This document shows, one piece after another, positions 38,682 through 48,114 of a DNA stretch of 64,000 nucleotides. The translations under genes were made by a program, and so were the position numbers. The stretch is from NCBI GenBank assembly GCA_002686885.1, contig NYYT01000012.1, positions 84,161 through 148,160 on the forward strand. Reading direction: 5' to 3'. Below the pieces are notes generated by a model that ran no database searches, was not told the origin of the DNA, and worked only from the letters and a program-made list of their open reading frames with translations. This stretch comes from Pedosphaera sp. Its GTDB lineage: Bacteria; Verrucomicrobiota; Verrucomicrobiia; Limisphaerales; AAA164-E04. Numbering within the stretch: the stretch's first letter is position 1; every line of letters starts with the position of its first letter.

Positions 38682-41384
38682 ATGCGGTTTGAACCCTTCA
38701 CATCCTTGCTCTATGCAGGAGGAGTCCTCTGGATCCTTGGATGCTCAGGCCTAGCCCTGGGGCAGGAGGCAACCCCGTGGTCCTTCAGTCCGATGGTCAG
38801 GCCGGATATCCCGCAGGCACATGATTCAGATACATGGTCTGAACACCCCGTCGATCAATTCATCCAGGAAGCCCTGGCCGGACAAGGCTTGAGTCACTCA
38901 CCTGAGGCCCCTCCCCACCAGCTTCTGAGACGGCTTTTTCTGGATGTCTGGGGCCTTCCGCCCGATACCGACCTACTGAAGGAACTCGATCACGACAACT
39001 TTGAAACAACCTGGACTCAATGGGTTGACCGAGCCCTGGCGGGGCCACAATACGGCGAACGATGGGCCCGGCATTGGATGGATCTCATCCATTATGCTGA
39101 AACTCACGGACACGACGAGGACGCGCCCCGTGAAAATGCCTGGCCCTATCGGGATTATTTGATCCAGTCACTCAATGCAGACAAACCCTACGCAACATTT
39201 GCCTTGGAACAAATCGCAGGGGACGCCATGGAACCGCATGATCCTGAGGCCTTGATTGCCACAGGTTTCCTGGCAGCCGGCCCATGGGATGAAAGTTCCC
39301 AGATGGGCATTCAGGACGGTACCCTCGATAAGGAGCTCGCCCAATATCTGGACCGAGATGACATGATCACCACCGTCATGTCCTCATTCCTGGGAGTCAG
39401 CGTTCATTGCGCGCGATGTCACGATCACAAATTTGACCCCATCCCATTTGAAGATTATTACGCACTGCAGGCCGTGTTTGCTGGAGTGGATCGCCACGAT
39501 CGGCCTTTTGACAAGGACCCGAAGTTACATCGCCTGCGACAAGATCTGCTGACCCAAAAGGAGGCCTTGCTTGCTGAAAGAACCACCGAGTCCGCTCTCC
39601 TATCTTCCATCAACCAAGAAAGGACCCAATCATGGATCTCGGAAAGACAGGATCATCTGTCGCGATGGAAAGCAGGCAGGCCGCTGGCACCACCCTCATC
39701 GGAAATACCTCTGACACCCTGGGAAGTGCTTGAAGATGGATCCCTCTTCATTCAACCAACCGATTCACTCAATGGCAAACTGACATGGTCGCTCCTGTCT
39801 CCCTACCCAAAACCGACCGCGGTGGAATTGGAAGTCATGGCCGACTCCCGCCTGCCTCAAGGGGGCCCCGGCTGGTCAGATGAAGGTGATTTCCAACTCA
39901 CTGAGTTCAAGGTTTATGGCAAAGGAAAAGATTCTGACGACTGGATCCCCATCTTATTGGAAGCTCCTGAAAATGATTTCAGCAAGGAAGGCACTTCAGT
40001 GCGTTATTTGATCGATGACGATCCTGAGACTCACTGGAGCATCTTCCCTCAAAAAGGTCAGAATCATCGCTGTTTCTTCCGCATTGCCTCTCTACCTGAT
40101 GATAGGGATCTTCACATGCTCAGGGTGGAGTTGAACCACCCTGAGGAGCACTCCCAATGGGTGGGTCGCTGTCGAATCCGATGGAGCAATGTTCCCTCCG
40201 ATAGGATCGAGCCCTTTTTGGAAGCCAACCTTCAGGAAGCCTTTGCTTACTCGCAAGAAACGCGAACCTTGGAGCAGAAACTCCTATTGACAAGGCATGC
40301 CTTGGGAAGACATCTGGATCAAACCCTTGAGGCGCTTCCCACACCCCCTCAAGTGTATGCGGCAACCAGCTACTTTTCATCCGAAGGAAATTTCAAGCCC
40401 TCATTAGGACCGCGAACCGTCCGCCAGCTTCGTCGCGGTAGTATTCAGCAACCGGGCAAGGAAGCTCAACCCGCAGCTCTCTCGGCCTTATCCCATATCC
40501 CTTGGAATCCGGAGGGTGCAGACCTTGCTGAAGAAGACAGCCGTCGATTGGCTCTGGGGAAATGGATCACCCACCCTTCCAATGGTCTTTTCTGGAGAAC
40601 CATGGCCAATCGCCTATGGCAGCATCATTTCGGCTCACCGCTGATTCCTACCCCCAATGATCTGGGCAATGGTGGCCAAGCCCCCACTCACCCCGAGCTC
40701 CTGGACTGGTTGGCCTGTGAGTTGAGAGACTCAGGGGGATCGCTCAAGCATGTGCATCGTTTGATTCTCCACAGCCGCACCTATCGTCAGGCATCCACCT
40801 GGCGTAAGCAAGCCGCCGCACAGGATGCAGAGAACACATATTATTGGCGTATGTCTCCCAGACGCATGGATGCTGAGAGCTTTCGGGACAGCCTGCTTCA
40901 GCTGAGCGGTCAACTTGATGCCAGGATGGGAGGCCCGTCGGTCAAACAATTCCTCATGGATCCAGGCATCCACGTCACCCCCATCGTTGATTACAAGGGG
41001 TTCGATCCCACGCATGCTGCCATGCATCGACGCAGCATTTATCGATTCTTGTTTCGAACCCTTCCCGACCCCTTCATGAAGGCACTGGACTGTCCGGACG
41101 CCTCGACCTGGCACCCCGAACGCAATCGCTCCGTAGGGTCTCTCCAGGCGCTTGCCATGCTCCATGACCCTTGGGTGATTGCGCAAAGCCAAGCCATGGC
41201 AGATCAACTTCAAAAGGTATCCAAGCATTTGGAGCGCCAGATTGAGTTACTTTACGAATCGAGCCTGTGTCGAATGCCCAACCCGACGGAAAAGCGCCTG
41301 ATGATTGAATACGCAGACCGACACGGTTTGGCCAATGCTACCCGCTACCTCTGGAACAGCAACGCCTTTGTCTTCATGCCATGA
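38682..41384 (+). CDS. DUF1549 (PSCyt2) / DUF1553 (PSD1) protein with internal discoidin-like insertion
   Basis: Signal peptide from the ATG at 38682. RRLFLDVWGLPP and CARCHDHKFDPI signatures. Central LIDDDPETHWSIF segment. C-terminal DUF1553-like region. Confidence 0.85.
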   Translation: MRFEPFTSLLYAGGVLWILGCSGLALGQEATPWSFSPMVRPDIPQAHDSDTWSEHPVDQFIQEALAGQGLSHSPEAPPHQLLRRLFLDVWGLPPDTDLLKELDHDNFETTWTQWVDRALAGPQYGERWARHWMDLIHYAETHGHDEDAPRENAWPYRDYLIQSLNADKPYATFALEQIAGDAMEPHDPEALIATGFLAAGPWDESSQMGIQDGTLDKELAQYLDRDDMITTVMSSFLGVSVHCARCHDHKFDPIPFEDYYALQAVFAGVDRHDRPFDKDPKLHRLRQDLLTQKEALLAERTTESALLSSINQERTQSWISERQDHLSRWKAGRPLAPPSSEIPLTPWEVLEDGSLFIQPTDSLNGKLTWSLLSPYPKPTAVELEVMADSRLPQGGPGWSDEGDFQLTEFKVYGKGKDSDDWIPILLEAPENDFSKEGTSVRYLIDDDPETHWSIFPQKGQNHRCFFRIASLPDDRDLHMLRVELNHPEEHSQWVGRCRIRWSNVPSDRIEPFLEANLQEAFAYSQETRTLEQKLLLTRHALGRHLDQTLEALPTPPQVYAATSYFSSEGNFKPSLGPRTVRQLRRGSIQQPGKEAQPAALSALSHIPWNPEGADLAEEDSRRLALGKWITHPSNGLFWRTMANRLWQHHFGSPLIPTPNDLGNGGQAPTHPELLDWLACELRDSGGSLKHVHRLILHSRTYRQASTWRKQAAAQDAENTYYWRMSPRRMDAESFRDSLLQLSGQLDARMGGPSVKQFLMDPGIHVTPIVDYKGFDPTHAAMHRRSIYRFLFRTLPDPFMKALDCPDASTWHPERNRSVGSLQALAMLHDPWVIAQSQAMADQLQKVSKHLERQIELLYESSLCRMPNPTEKRLMIEYADRHGLANATRYLWNSNAFVFMP

Positions 41385-42790
41385 CTCTGGATCATCACAT
41401 GCAGCGCAGGGATTTTCTTTGGTCGACGGGTGGGGCCTTTGGCGCCCTGGCCTTGCAGCACATGCTTGGAGCCCCCAACGTCGAATCTCATGCGGGCCAT
41501 TCCATCATCACCCATCGTCCCAAAGCCAAACGGGTTGTCCAGTTGTTCATGAATGGAGGGGTCAGCCCCATGGATACCTTTGACTACAAACCGGCTCTGA
41601 AAAAGCTTGATGGCAAGCCATTTGATCCGGGTGGTGGCCAACGCGTGGAATCGGTCACCCGCTCACCCGGCTTCAAGGTCATGAACAGCCCTTTTGCCTT
41701 CAAGCAGCACGGGCAGTGCGGTCAGTGGGTCAGTGAGGTGTTTCCGCATATGGCGCAACGTGTCGACGACATGGCATTCATCATGTCCATGCACTCCTCG
41801 AGCAATGTCCACGGAGTCGCCAGCTACATGCAAAACACCGGCTTTGCTCTTCCTGGTTTTCCCTCCATGGGGGCATGGATCAGCTATGGACTGGGGCGAC
41901 TGAACCAAAATCTCCCTGAATTTGTGGTCATGCCCGATCCAAGGGGACTTCCTTACAACAATCTAGGCAATTTTTCCTCTGGATTCCTACCTTCCCAACA
42001 TGGAGCCACCGTCATCGATTCAGGTGCTCAAGATCCCATCGCTTTTCTTCATCCCCCAAGCCATGTCACGGACATTACCAAGGAGAGTGAATCGGAAGGA
42101 AGATCCTTGCTTCGCCGGTTGGGGGCGATGAATGCCGAAGACCCCGTCACCCAATCTCGCATTCAATCCTACGAAGGGGCGGCTCGGCTGCAGTTGGCAG
42201 CCCCGGAAGTGTTTGATCTCGATCAAGAGAGTGACAGGGTCAAAAAGCATTATGGCATGGACAGGGAAGTCACTCGCGACTTCGGTAAGCGATGCCTCAT
42301 TGCCAGGCGCATGCTCGAGCGCGACGTGAGGTTTATCCAGTTGTGGAGCGGAGCGGGTGGCCCCAGCAACAACTGGGACAACCATTCTAATATCCACAAG
42401 GAACTCCCATGGATCGCGGAGCAAGTCGATAAGCCCATCGCCGCATTCCTGAGTGACCTCAAAGCCACCGGCCTTCTGGAGGACACTCTGGTGGTATGGA
42501 CGACTGAATTCGGAAGAATGCCTTTCACACAGGGAGAATCCGGTCGGGATCACAATGGTGGCACCTTTGTCACTTGGCTGGCAGGAGGAGGGATTCGCCC
42601 GGGATGTCACATTGGGCGCAGCGACCCATGGGCGTGGAAAGCAGAGAAGCCCATTTGGTGCTACGACCTGCATGCCACCATCTTGCATCTTCTGGGAGTC
42701 GACCACACTCAACTGACTTATCCTCATAACGGCCTTGAACGCCGATTGACCGATGTGCACGGCCATGTTTTGAAGGAAATCTTGAGTTAA
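41381..42790 (+). CDS. DUF1501 (sulfatase/alkaline-phosphatase superfamily) protein with Tat signal
   Basis: QRRDFLWSTGGAFGALAL twin-arginine signal. ATGA overlap with the upstream DUF1553 gene. C-terminal GRDHN motif typical of DUF1501. Confidence 0.85.
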   Translation: MTLDHHMQRRDFLWSTGGAFGALALQHMLGAPNVESHAGHSIITHRPKAKRVVQLFMNGGVSPMDTFDYKPALKKLDGKPFDPGGGQRVESVTRSPGFKVMNSPFAFKQHGQCGQWVSEVFPHMAQRVDDMAFIMSMHSSSNVHGVASYMQNTGFALPGFPSMGAWISYGLGRLNQNLPEFVVMPDPRGLPYNNLGNFSSGFLPSQHGATVIDSGAQDPIAFLHPPSHVTDITKESESEGRSLLRRLGAMNAEDPVTQSRIQSYEGAARLQLAAPEVFDLDQESDRVKKHYGMDREVTRDFGKRCLIARRMLERDVRFIQLWSGAGGPSNNWDNHSNIHKELPWIAEQVDKPIAAFLSDLKATGLLEDTLVVWTTEFGRMPFTQGESGRDHNGGTFVTWLAGGGIRPGCHIGRSDPWAWKAEKPIWCYDLHATILHLLGVDHTQLTYPHNGLERRLTDVHGHVLKEILS

Positions 42791-42887
42791 ACGCACGGTT
42801 TGACTTTCCCTATCTCGTTGAGGAGCAATTTTTTAACAATTACTGGTCAGCTTGAATGAAATTCTAAATGGATCTTGATATCCGTTC

Positions 42888-42907
42888 TTGTAATGGCAGA
42901 ATTACAA
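42888..42907. promoter_or_regulatory. 7-bp inverted repeat TTGTAAT-N6-ATTACAA upstream of the exporter operon
   Basis: Read directly. It lies 63 nt upstream of the adaptor ATG (42970) in an AT-rich 179-bp intergenic region. Confidence 0.3.
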
Positions 42908-42969
42908 CGTAGGCGTATTATTTTTATAGGCTCAAGCCCTGTTTGCTGCGTCGACAGAATCATTCGAAT

Positions 42970-44112
42970 ATGAAAAATTTCTTCTCCACGATCGTCATTA
43001 TTGCCGTTTTGGTTGGTGGTTTCATTTACCTCAAAAAGGGATCATCGTCCGAGACAACAGCTGCGGATGATCTGGCACAGCGGGACACAACGGCGGAAGT
43101 TCAGACCAAGGACATTGAATTTGTCGTGACCGTGGCCGGGGAGATCACTCCTGCGGAACAGGTATCCGTCAGGCCTGAGGTCAATGGTTTGATTTCCGAG
43201 CTTCCGGTCGATGTAGGAGACCAGGTGAAAAAGAATGATCTACTCTTTGCACTGGACGACAAGAACATCCGCATTGAAATCGAGCAAAAGCAAACTCAAA
43301 TTGATGCAGCCAAGCTGCAGCTCGAGAAGGTAAGACGCATATTTGAGAACAATCGAAAGCTTTTTGAAGACAACCTGGTAGCCAAGGAAGAATACGAAAA
43401 CAGCCAAACCGATTACAGTTTGGCGCAAAACAATATCGAGCGTGCTCAAAAGGATCTCGACCTGGCCATGGAGCGGCTGGAAAAAACCCAAATCCTGGCT
43501 CCCTTCGATTGCACGATCCTCACCCGCCCAGTTTCTTCGGGGCAGGCTGTCTCCGGTTCCGGAGGATTCAATAGCGGCACCGAGGTGCTGACGATTGCCG
43601 ATTTGACCCGTATGATCATCAACGCTCACGTCAATCAGGCTGACGTCAGTAGACTCAGCGCGGGCCTCAAGGTGGATATTCAGGTGGAAGCCATCCCCGG
43701 TTTGGTCGTTCAAGGCCAGGTGGAACGGATTGCCCCTCAAGCCACCATACTTAACGGAATCAAGGGCTTCGCTGCTCGCATCCTGCTGACCGAGATTGAT
43801 CCTAGGATACAGCCGGGCATGACGGCCAACATCAAAATCCCGGTTCAGTCCGCCGCGGGGGTGGTAGCCGTTCCGCTGGGAGCGGTCTTCACCGAATATA
43901 ACGAGACTCTCAAAAAGCAGGAGCGTTATGTCTACGTCCAGCAGCAAGAGCGCTTTCAACGGCGGTTGATTCAAATTGGGGTGGCTGACTATTTTTTTGC
44001 CGAAATTTTGTCGGGTCTCAATCCCGGAGAAGTCGTCTCCCTCGAGATGCCCCCACAGGAAGCGATTGATGAGTTGGCAGGCGAGGCGGGTCTTGCCTCC
44101 AATCAAAGCTGA
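42970..44112 (+). CDS. periplasmic adaptor (HlyD/MacA-type membrane fusion protein)
   Basis: N-terminal anchor MKNFFSTIVIIAVLVGG. Lipoyl/barrel-sandwich motifs and a coiled-coil hairpin (QIDAAKLQLEKVRR...). Confidence 0.8.
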   Translation: MKNFFSTIVIIAVLVGGFIYLKKGSSSETTAADDLAQRDTTAEVQTKDIEFVVTVAGEITPAEQVSVRPEVNGLISELPVDVGDQVKKNDLLFALDDKNIRIEIEQKQTQIDAAKLQLEKVRRIFENNRKLFEDNLVAKEEYENSQTDYSLAQNNIERAQKDLDLAMERLEKTQILAPFDCTILTRPVSSGQAVSGSGGFNSGTEVLTIADLTRMIINAHVNQADVSRLSAGLKVDIQVEAIPGLVVQGQVERIAPQATILNGIKGFAARILLTEIDPRIQPGMTANIKIPVQSAAGVVAVPLGAVFTEYNETLKKQERYVYVQQQERFQRRLIQIGVADYFFAEILSGLNPGEVVSLEMPPQEAIDELAGEAGLASNQS

Positions 44113-44117
44113 TCCAT

Positions 44118-44855
44118 ATGGCACTGGTTGAATTACGCGACATCAAGAAGATCTACCATCTGGGAGGCGAAACCATTCGCGCTCTGGATGGGGTGAGCCT
44201 GGATGTTCAAGCTGGAGATTTCACTTCCATTATCGGCCCTTCGGGCAGTGGCAAATCCACCCTCATGCACATCCTGGGCTGTCTGGATACGCCGACTTCG
44301 GGCTCCATGAGTCTGGACGGCATGGACATCCACGACGCCACCCCCCGCCAGCTGGCAAAAGTAAGGGGTGAGAAAATCGGCTTCGTGTTTCAATTTTTTA
44401 ATCTGCTGCCCAAGCTCAATGTGGCTCAAAACGTCGAGCTCCCACTTATCTACCAGGGCACCTCAGGGCGTGGTCGCAAGGAAAAAGCCATGCAGGCGCT
44501 GGAATTGGTAGGGTTGCAGGACCGGGCAGGTCATCGTCCTTCTCAACTTTCCGGGGGACAGCAACAACGGGTCGCCATTGCTCGTGCACTGGTGAACGAC
44601 CCGCGCATCATTTTCGCTGATGAACCTACGGGAAATCTCGACACACATACCGGGGAAATGATCCTGGAAACCTTCTGCAAATTGCATCAGGAAGGCCGTA
44701 CGATCATGCTTGTCACCCACGACCCGGAAATCGCAGCCCTCACCCCTCAGAAAATTGAGATTAGAGATGGCAAGATTGCGCAAAATGTCGACGCCAAGCT
44801 CGCTGGAAAAGAAAGTCGTTTCAAACTCAGCACCTCATCCCATCAGAGTTCATGA
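44118..44855 (+). CDS. ABC transporter ATP-binding protein (MacB/LolD class)
   Basis: Walker [10 protein letters not shown], signature [15 protein letters not shown], Walker B IIFADEPT. Confidence 0.93.
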   Translation: MALVELRDIKKIYHLGGETIRALDGVSLDVQAGDFTSIIGPSGSGKSTLMHILGCLDTPTSGSMSLDGMDIHDATPRQLAKVRGEKIGFVFQFFNLLPKLNVAQNVELPLIYQGTSGRGRKEKAMQALELVGLQDRAGHRPSQLSGGQQQRVAIARALVNDPRIIFADEPTGNLDTHTGEMILETFCKLHQEGRTIMLVTHDPEIAALTPQKIEIRDGKIAQNVDAKLAGKESRFKLSTSSHQSS

Positions 44856-46237
44856 ATCTGCTCGATACCATTCTGGTGGGCATCAAGGAGATTTGGGCGC
44901 ATAAATTTCGATCAATGCTCACCATGCTGGGCATCATTCTGGGTGTCTCCAGTCTGGTCGCCATGTCCGCTCTGGTCAAAGGGATGGAAAATGGCATGAA
45001 GGAAGCACTCGTCGCCATGGGTGGACTGGAAAAGGTTCGTGTAGAGGCGCAGGACGACCTTCCGGCGTATCAAAAACACCTCACCGACCAGACCCCAGGC
45101 TTGCTCATGCGCGATGTCTATGCCCTTCAAGGTGGTGCTCCCCTGGTGGAGAACATTACGCCGATTGTCGAACAACATGGCTACCGATCTCGCATCAACA
45201 TCACTTATCAAAACAAGCGTGCTCGGCCATGGAGGATTTATGGCACCTGGCCCGGCATCCTCGATTTGGAGGACCATCGCGTTGAACACGGACGCATGTT
45301 CAACGAAATCGACAATGGGATGGCCCGCAGCGTCTGCGTGATTGGTGTCGAAATTCGAAATGACCTCTTCGGGGATCCTGAAAAGACAGGCAAGGAAATC
45401 ATTCCCGTCGGGAAGGTGATCCAGATCAATGGTCAGCCCTTCACCATTGTCGGAATGTTTGAACATTACATGACTGAAAAGGAGCGAAAGGAGAAGGAAC
45501 TGGCCCGACTGGAGGCGCTGAAGAATCCACAGGCCCAGGTGGGTGTGGTTCGTGACAAGGGACGCAGGGGCAGTGGCCCCAGCGGTTATGTTTTCCGCTT
45601 GAAGAACAATTCGGTCTTCATCCCCCTTCAAACCATGATGATCCAATTCCGTGCAGCTGCCGGGGTGGATGAAACAGCCGACCCGAAACTCAGTGGAATC
45701 TACATGAAGGTCAAGGATATTGGAGTGCTGGAAACGGCACTGCAGCAGATCCGAAATGTCCTCCAAGTTTCCCATAATGGCATTGAAGATTGGACCTTTC
45801 GCACCGAAGAAGACTTGGCGGACGGCATTCAGCTGACCATCAGCAATTTTCGCATGAGTGGGGTCATCATTGCTGCCATCGCACTGGTGGTGGGAGGCAT
45901 CGGCATCATGAACATCATGCTTGCCAGCATTTCGGAGAGAGTTCGCGAAATTGGTATTCGAAAAGCAGTTGGAGCCACCACCGCGGATATTTTCATTCAG
46001 ATCATCATGGAAAGCCTCGTCATCGCCCTGTTGGGAGGAATGATGGGTCTGGCGGTTTCCATTGCGCTGGTGCAGTCCATCACCGCATTCACTCCCACTG
46101 AAAACAACCCGGTCATCACTCTTCAGGCAATGGTCTTTGCGTTTGGATGTTCAGCCATGGTGGGGATGGTCGCAGGCATGATTCCGGCTTTCAAGGCATC
46201 GAAACTCCACCCGATTCAAGCTCTCAAATACGACTGA
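44852..46237 (+). CDS. ABC transporter permease, MacB/FtsX type with large periplasmic domain (paralogue 1)
   Basis: N-terminal KEIWAHKFRSMLTMLGIILGVSSLV (MacB_PCD). Three C-terminal FtsX helices (GGIGIMNIMLASISERVREIGIRKAVGA). ATGA overlap with the ATPase gene. Confidence 0.85.
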   Translation: MNLLDTILVGIKEIWAHKFRSMLTMLGIILGVSSLVAMSALVKGMENGMKEALVAMGGLEKVRVEAQDDLPAYQKHLTDQTPGLLMRDVYALQGGAPLVENITPIVEQHGYRSRINITYQNKRARPWRIYGTWPGILDLEDHRVEHGRMFNEIDNGMARSVCVIGVEIRNDLFGDPEKTGKEIIPVGKVIQINGQPFTIVGMFEHYMTEKERKEKELARLEALKNPQAQVGVVRDKGRRGSGPSGYVFRLKNNSVFIPLQTMMIQFRAAAGVDETADPKLSGIYMKVKDIGVLETALQQIRNVLQVSHNGIEDWTFRTEEDLADGIQLTISNFRMSGVIIAAIALVVGGIGIMNIMLASISERVREIGIRKAVGATTADIFIQIIMESLVIALLGGMMGLAVSIALVQSITAFTPTENNPVITLQAMVFAFGCSAMVGMVAGMIPAFKASKLHPIQALKYD

Positions 46238-46251
46238 GCTCTTGTCCATCT

Positions 46252-47619
46252 ATGAATCTTTTCAATGCCATTCTTATCGGTCTCAAGGACATTTGGTCTC
46301 ACAAATTCCGCACCCTTCTCACGATGTTCGGGATTGTGCTTGGGGTCTCCAGCCTGGTGGCCATGGCAGCAGTGATTACCGGAATGGAAAAAGGCATGAA
46401 GGAGTCGATGATTGCCATGGGTGGCTTGGATAAGATCCGTATTGACGACGAGGATGTCCCGACCTGGCAAGATCATTTAAAAAACCAGGCTCCAGGACGG
46501 CTGATCAAGGATGTGGAAGCTCTCAAGGCCAGCGCTCCCTTGATCACGACGATTTCACCCGAAATGCGTCTGGACTGGCGAGCCACGCGCGTGACCCGCC
46601 AGGGCCGATCCGCATCCACCTCTGAAATCGTGGGCGTCTGGCCGGCGGTGCTGGATATGAATCTCTACGAAGTCGAGCATGGTCGTTTCTTCTGCGACCT
46701 GGACGAAGAGTTTGCCAACAGCGTCTGTGTGATCGGGACAGGTGTGCGCGATCAGCTCTTTGGAAGTCCGGAGGAAAAAGGAACCGAAATCGTGCCCATC
46801 GGTGAAGTCCTTCAGGTCGGGGGCCAGCCCTTTACCATTGTTGGTATGTTCAAGCATTACGAAAGCGAACAAGAGCGTAAACTCAAGGAACTTGCGAAAA
46901 AGCAAGCCAAGGAGAACGAAGGGGGTGTGAAGCGCCAACGTGGCTGGAGCGGAGCCAAGAAGTGGGGCGATGCGTTCTGGAGGAAAAACAATGTGGTTTA
47001 CATGCCCTTGAATACTGCCTGGATCAAGTTCAGAGCTGCATCCAATGAAGACCAGACACCCGACCCTCGCTTGACGGATATCGACATCAAGATAGCCGAT
47101 CTGGATCTCCTGGAACCCGCTTTGCAACAGGCTCGCAACGTCATGCTGGTAACCCACAATGGCATCAACGACTTTGAATTCGATACTCAGGAAAACCAGA
47201 TCAACGACATTCGCACCCGTATTCGAAACATGCGCATCAGCCAAGGAGTGATTGCCGGTTTGAGTTTGCTGGTGGGCGGAATTGGTATCATGAACATCAT
47301 GCTTGCCAGCATCAACGAACGTATTCGCGAAATAGGCACCTGCAAGGCAGTCGGAGCGAGCAGTGAAGCCATCTTTACCCAGATCATTGTCGAAAGCATT
47401 GCGGTCGCCATGTTGGGCGCTTTAGTGGGTCTTGGATTTTCATTTCTGCTGGTCGAACTCATTGAGATCGCCTCCCCCGCACAGAATTCGCCCATCATTA
47501 CCGTTTACCCCATGGTGATTGCGGTGGGTTTCAGTGCCCTCGTAGGAGTGGTTGCTGGGCTCTTTCCGGCCTTCAAGGCAGCAGGTTTTCACCCAATTCA
47601 GGCCTTGCGCTACGAATAA
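46252..47619 (+). CDS. ABC transporter permease, MacB/FtsX type with large periplasmic domain (paralogue 2)
   Basis: Same architecture as paralogue 1 (KDIWSHKFRTLLTMFGIVLGVSSLV ... GGIGIMNIMLASINERIREIGTCKAVGA). Start placed at the ATG at 46252, 15 nt after the previous stop. Confidence 0.85.
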   Translation: MNLFNAILIGLKDIWSHKFRTLLTMFGIVLGVSSLVAMAAVITGMEKGMKESMIAMGGLDKIRIDDEDVPTWQDHLKNQAPGRLIKDVEALKASAPLITTISPEMRLDWRATRVTRQGRSASTSEIVGVWPAVLDMNLYEVEHGRFFCDLDEEFANSVCVIGTGVRDQLFGSPEEKGTEIVPIGEVLQVGGQPFTIVGMFKHYESEQERKLKELAKKQAKENEGGVKRQRGWSGAKKWGDAFWRKNNVVYMPLNTAWIKFRAASNEDQTPDPRLTDIDIKIADLDLLEPALQQARNVMLVTHNGINDFEFDTQENQINDIRTRIRNMRISQGVIAGLSLLVGGIGIMNIMLASINERIREIGTCKAVGASSEAIFTQIIVESIAVAMLGALVGLGFSFLLVELIEIASPAQNSPIITVYPMVIAVGFSALVGVVAGLFPAFKAAGFHPIQALRYE

Positions 47620-47788
47620 TTATCGTATAATGTAGTGTACTGAGCGGGGTTGAGACAACACAGGTTAAAGTTGGCAGTGGGAGCCAAGATAAAAAGGTGG
47701 TAAAAAACACCAAAAGGCCGCTAAATAGAATTTAGCTAGCTCCATCCCCAGTTCTGGCTCAGGAAAACAGGAAATCAAAGAAATTATT

Positions 47789-48019
47789 ATGGCAGACCTA
47801 GAAAATAAACAGCCTGAGAGCGTGGATGGTAAGTTTTATGTAGATGACCAGTGCATCGACTGTGATTTATGTCGCGAAACAGCACCTGAAAATTTCAAGC
47901 GCCAGGAAGATGGCGGATACTCCTACGTTTACAAACAGCCTGAGAACGACGACGAAGCTACTCAGTGCCAAGAAGCAATGGAAGGTTGTCCTGTCGAAGC
48001 CATTGGCGAGGACGGTTAA
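47789..48019 (+). CDS. small single-cluster ferredoxin
   Basis: CIDCDLC...C...CPVEAI cysteine pattern in 76 aa. Followed by a strong terminator. Confidence 0.75.
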   Translation: MADLENKQPESVDGKFYVDDQCIDCDLCRETAPENFKRQEDGGYSYVYKQPENDDEATQCQEAMEGCPVEAIGEDG

Positions 48020-48047
48020 ACCATCGAAGAGCCCTCAATTTCCATGG

Positions 48048-48079
48048 AAAAGCCCGGGTCAACCACCCGGGCTTTTTTT
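48048..48079. terminator. bidirectional intrinsic terminator between the ferredoxin gene and the end of the BMC operon
   Basis: Perfect 12-bp stem AAAAGCCCGGGT / ACCCGGGCTTTT with a 5-nt loop (CAACC). It has a T-run on the plus strand and, through the A-run, on the minus strand as well. Confidence 0.85.
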
Positions 48080-48114
48080 ATCCCATGGGATCATGGGCCG
48101 GATGCCCTTGAAGT

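Noticed and set aside
42020-45775. Long antisense ORFs at 42020-42796, 43240-44124 and 44912-45775. Similar ones occur elsewhere at 1692-2525, 16366-17148, 17228-17992, 19172-19912, 28302-28976, 34406-35314, 46555-47244, 54722-55324 and 57584-58459.
   Set aside because: Each is fully contained within, and opposite to, a gene with strong family signatures (DUF1501, MacA, MacB, argS, multihaem cytochrome, pdxA, PhoD, ackA, sulfatase). None has a recognisable motif.
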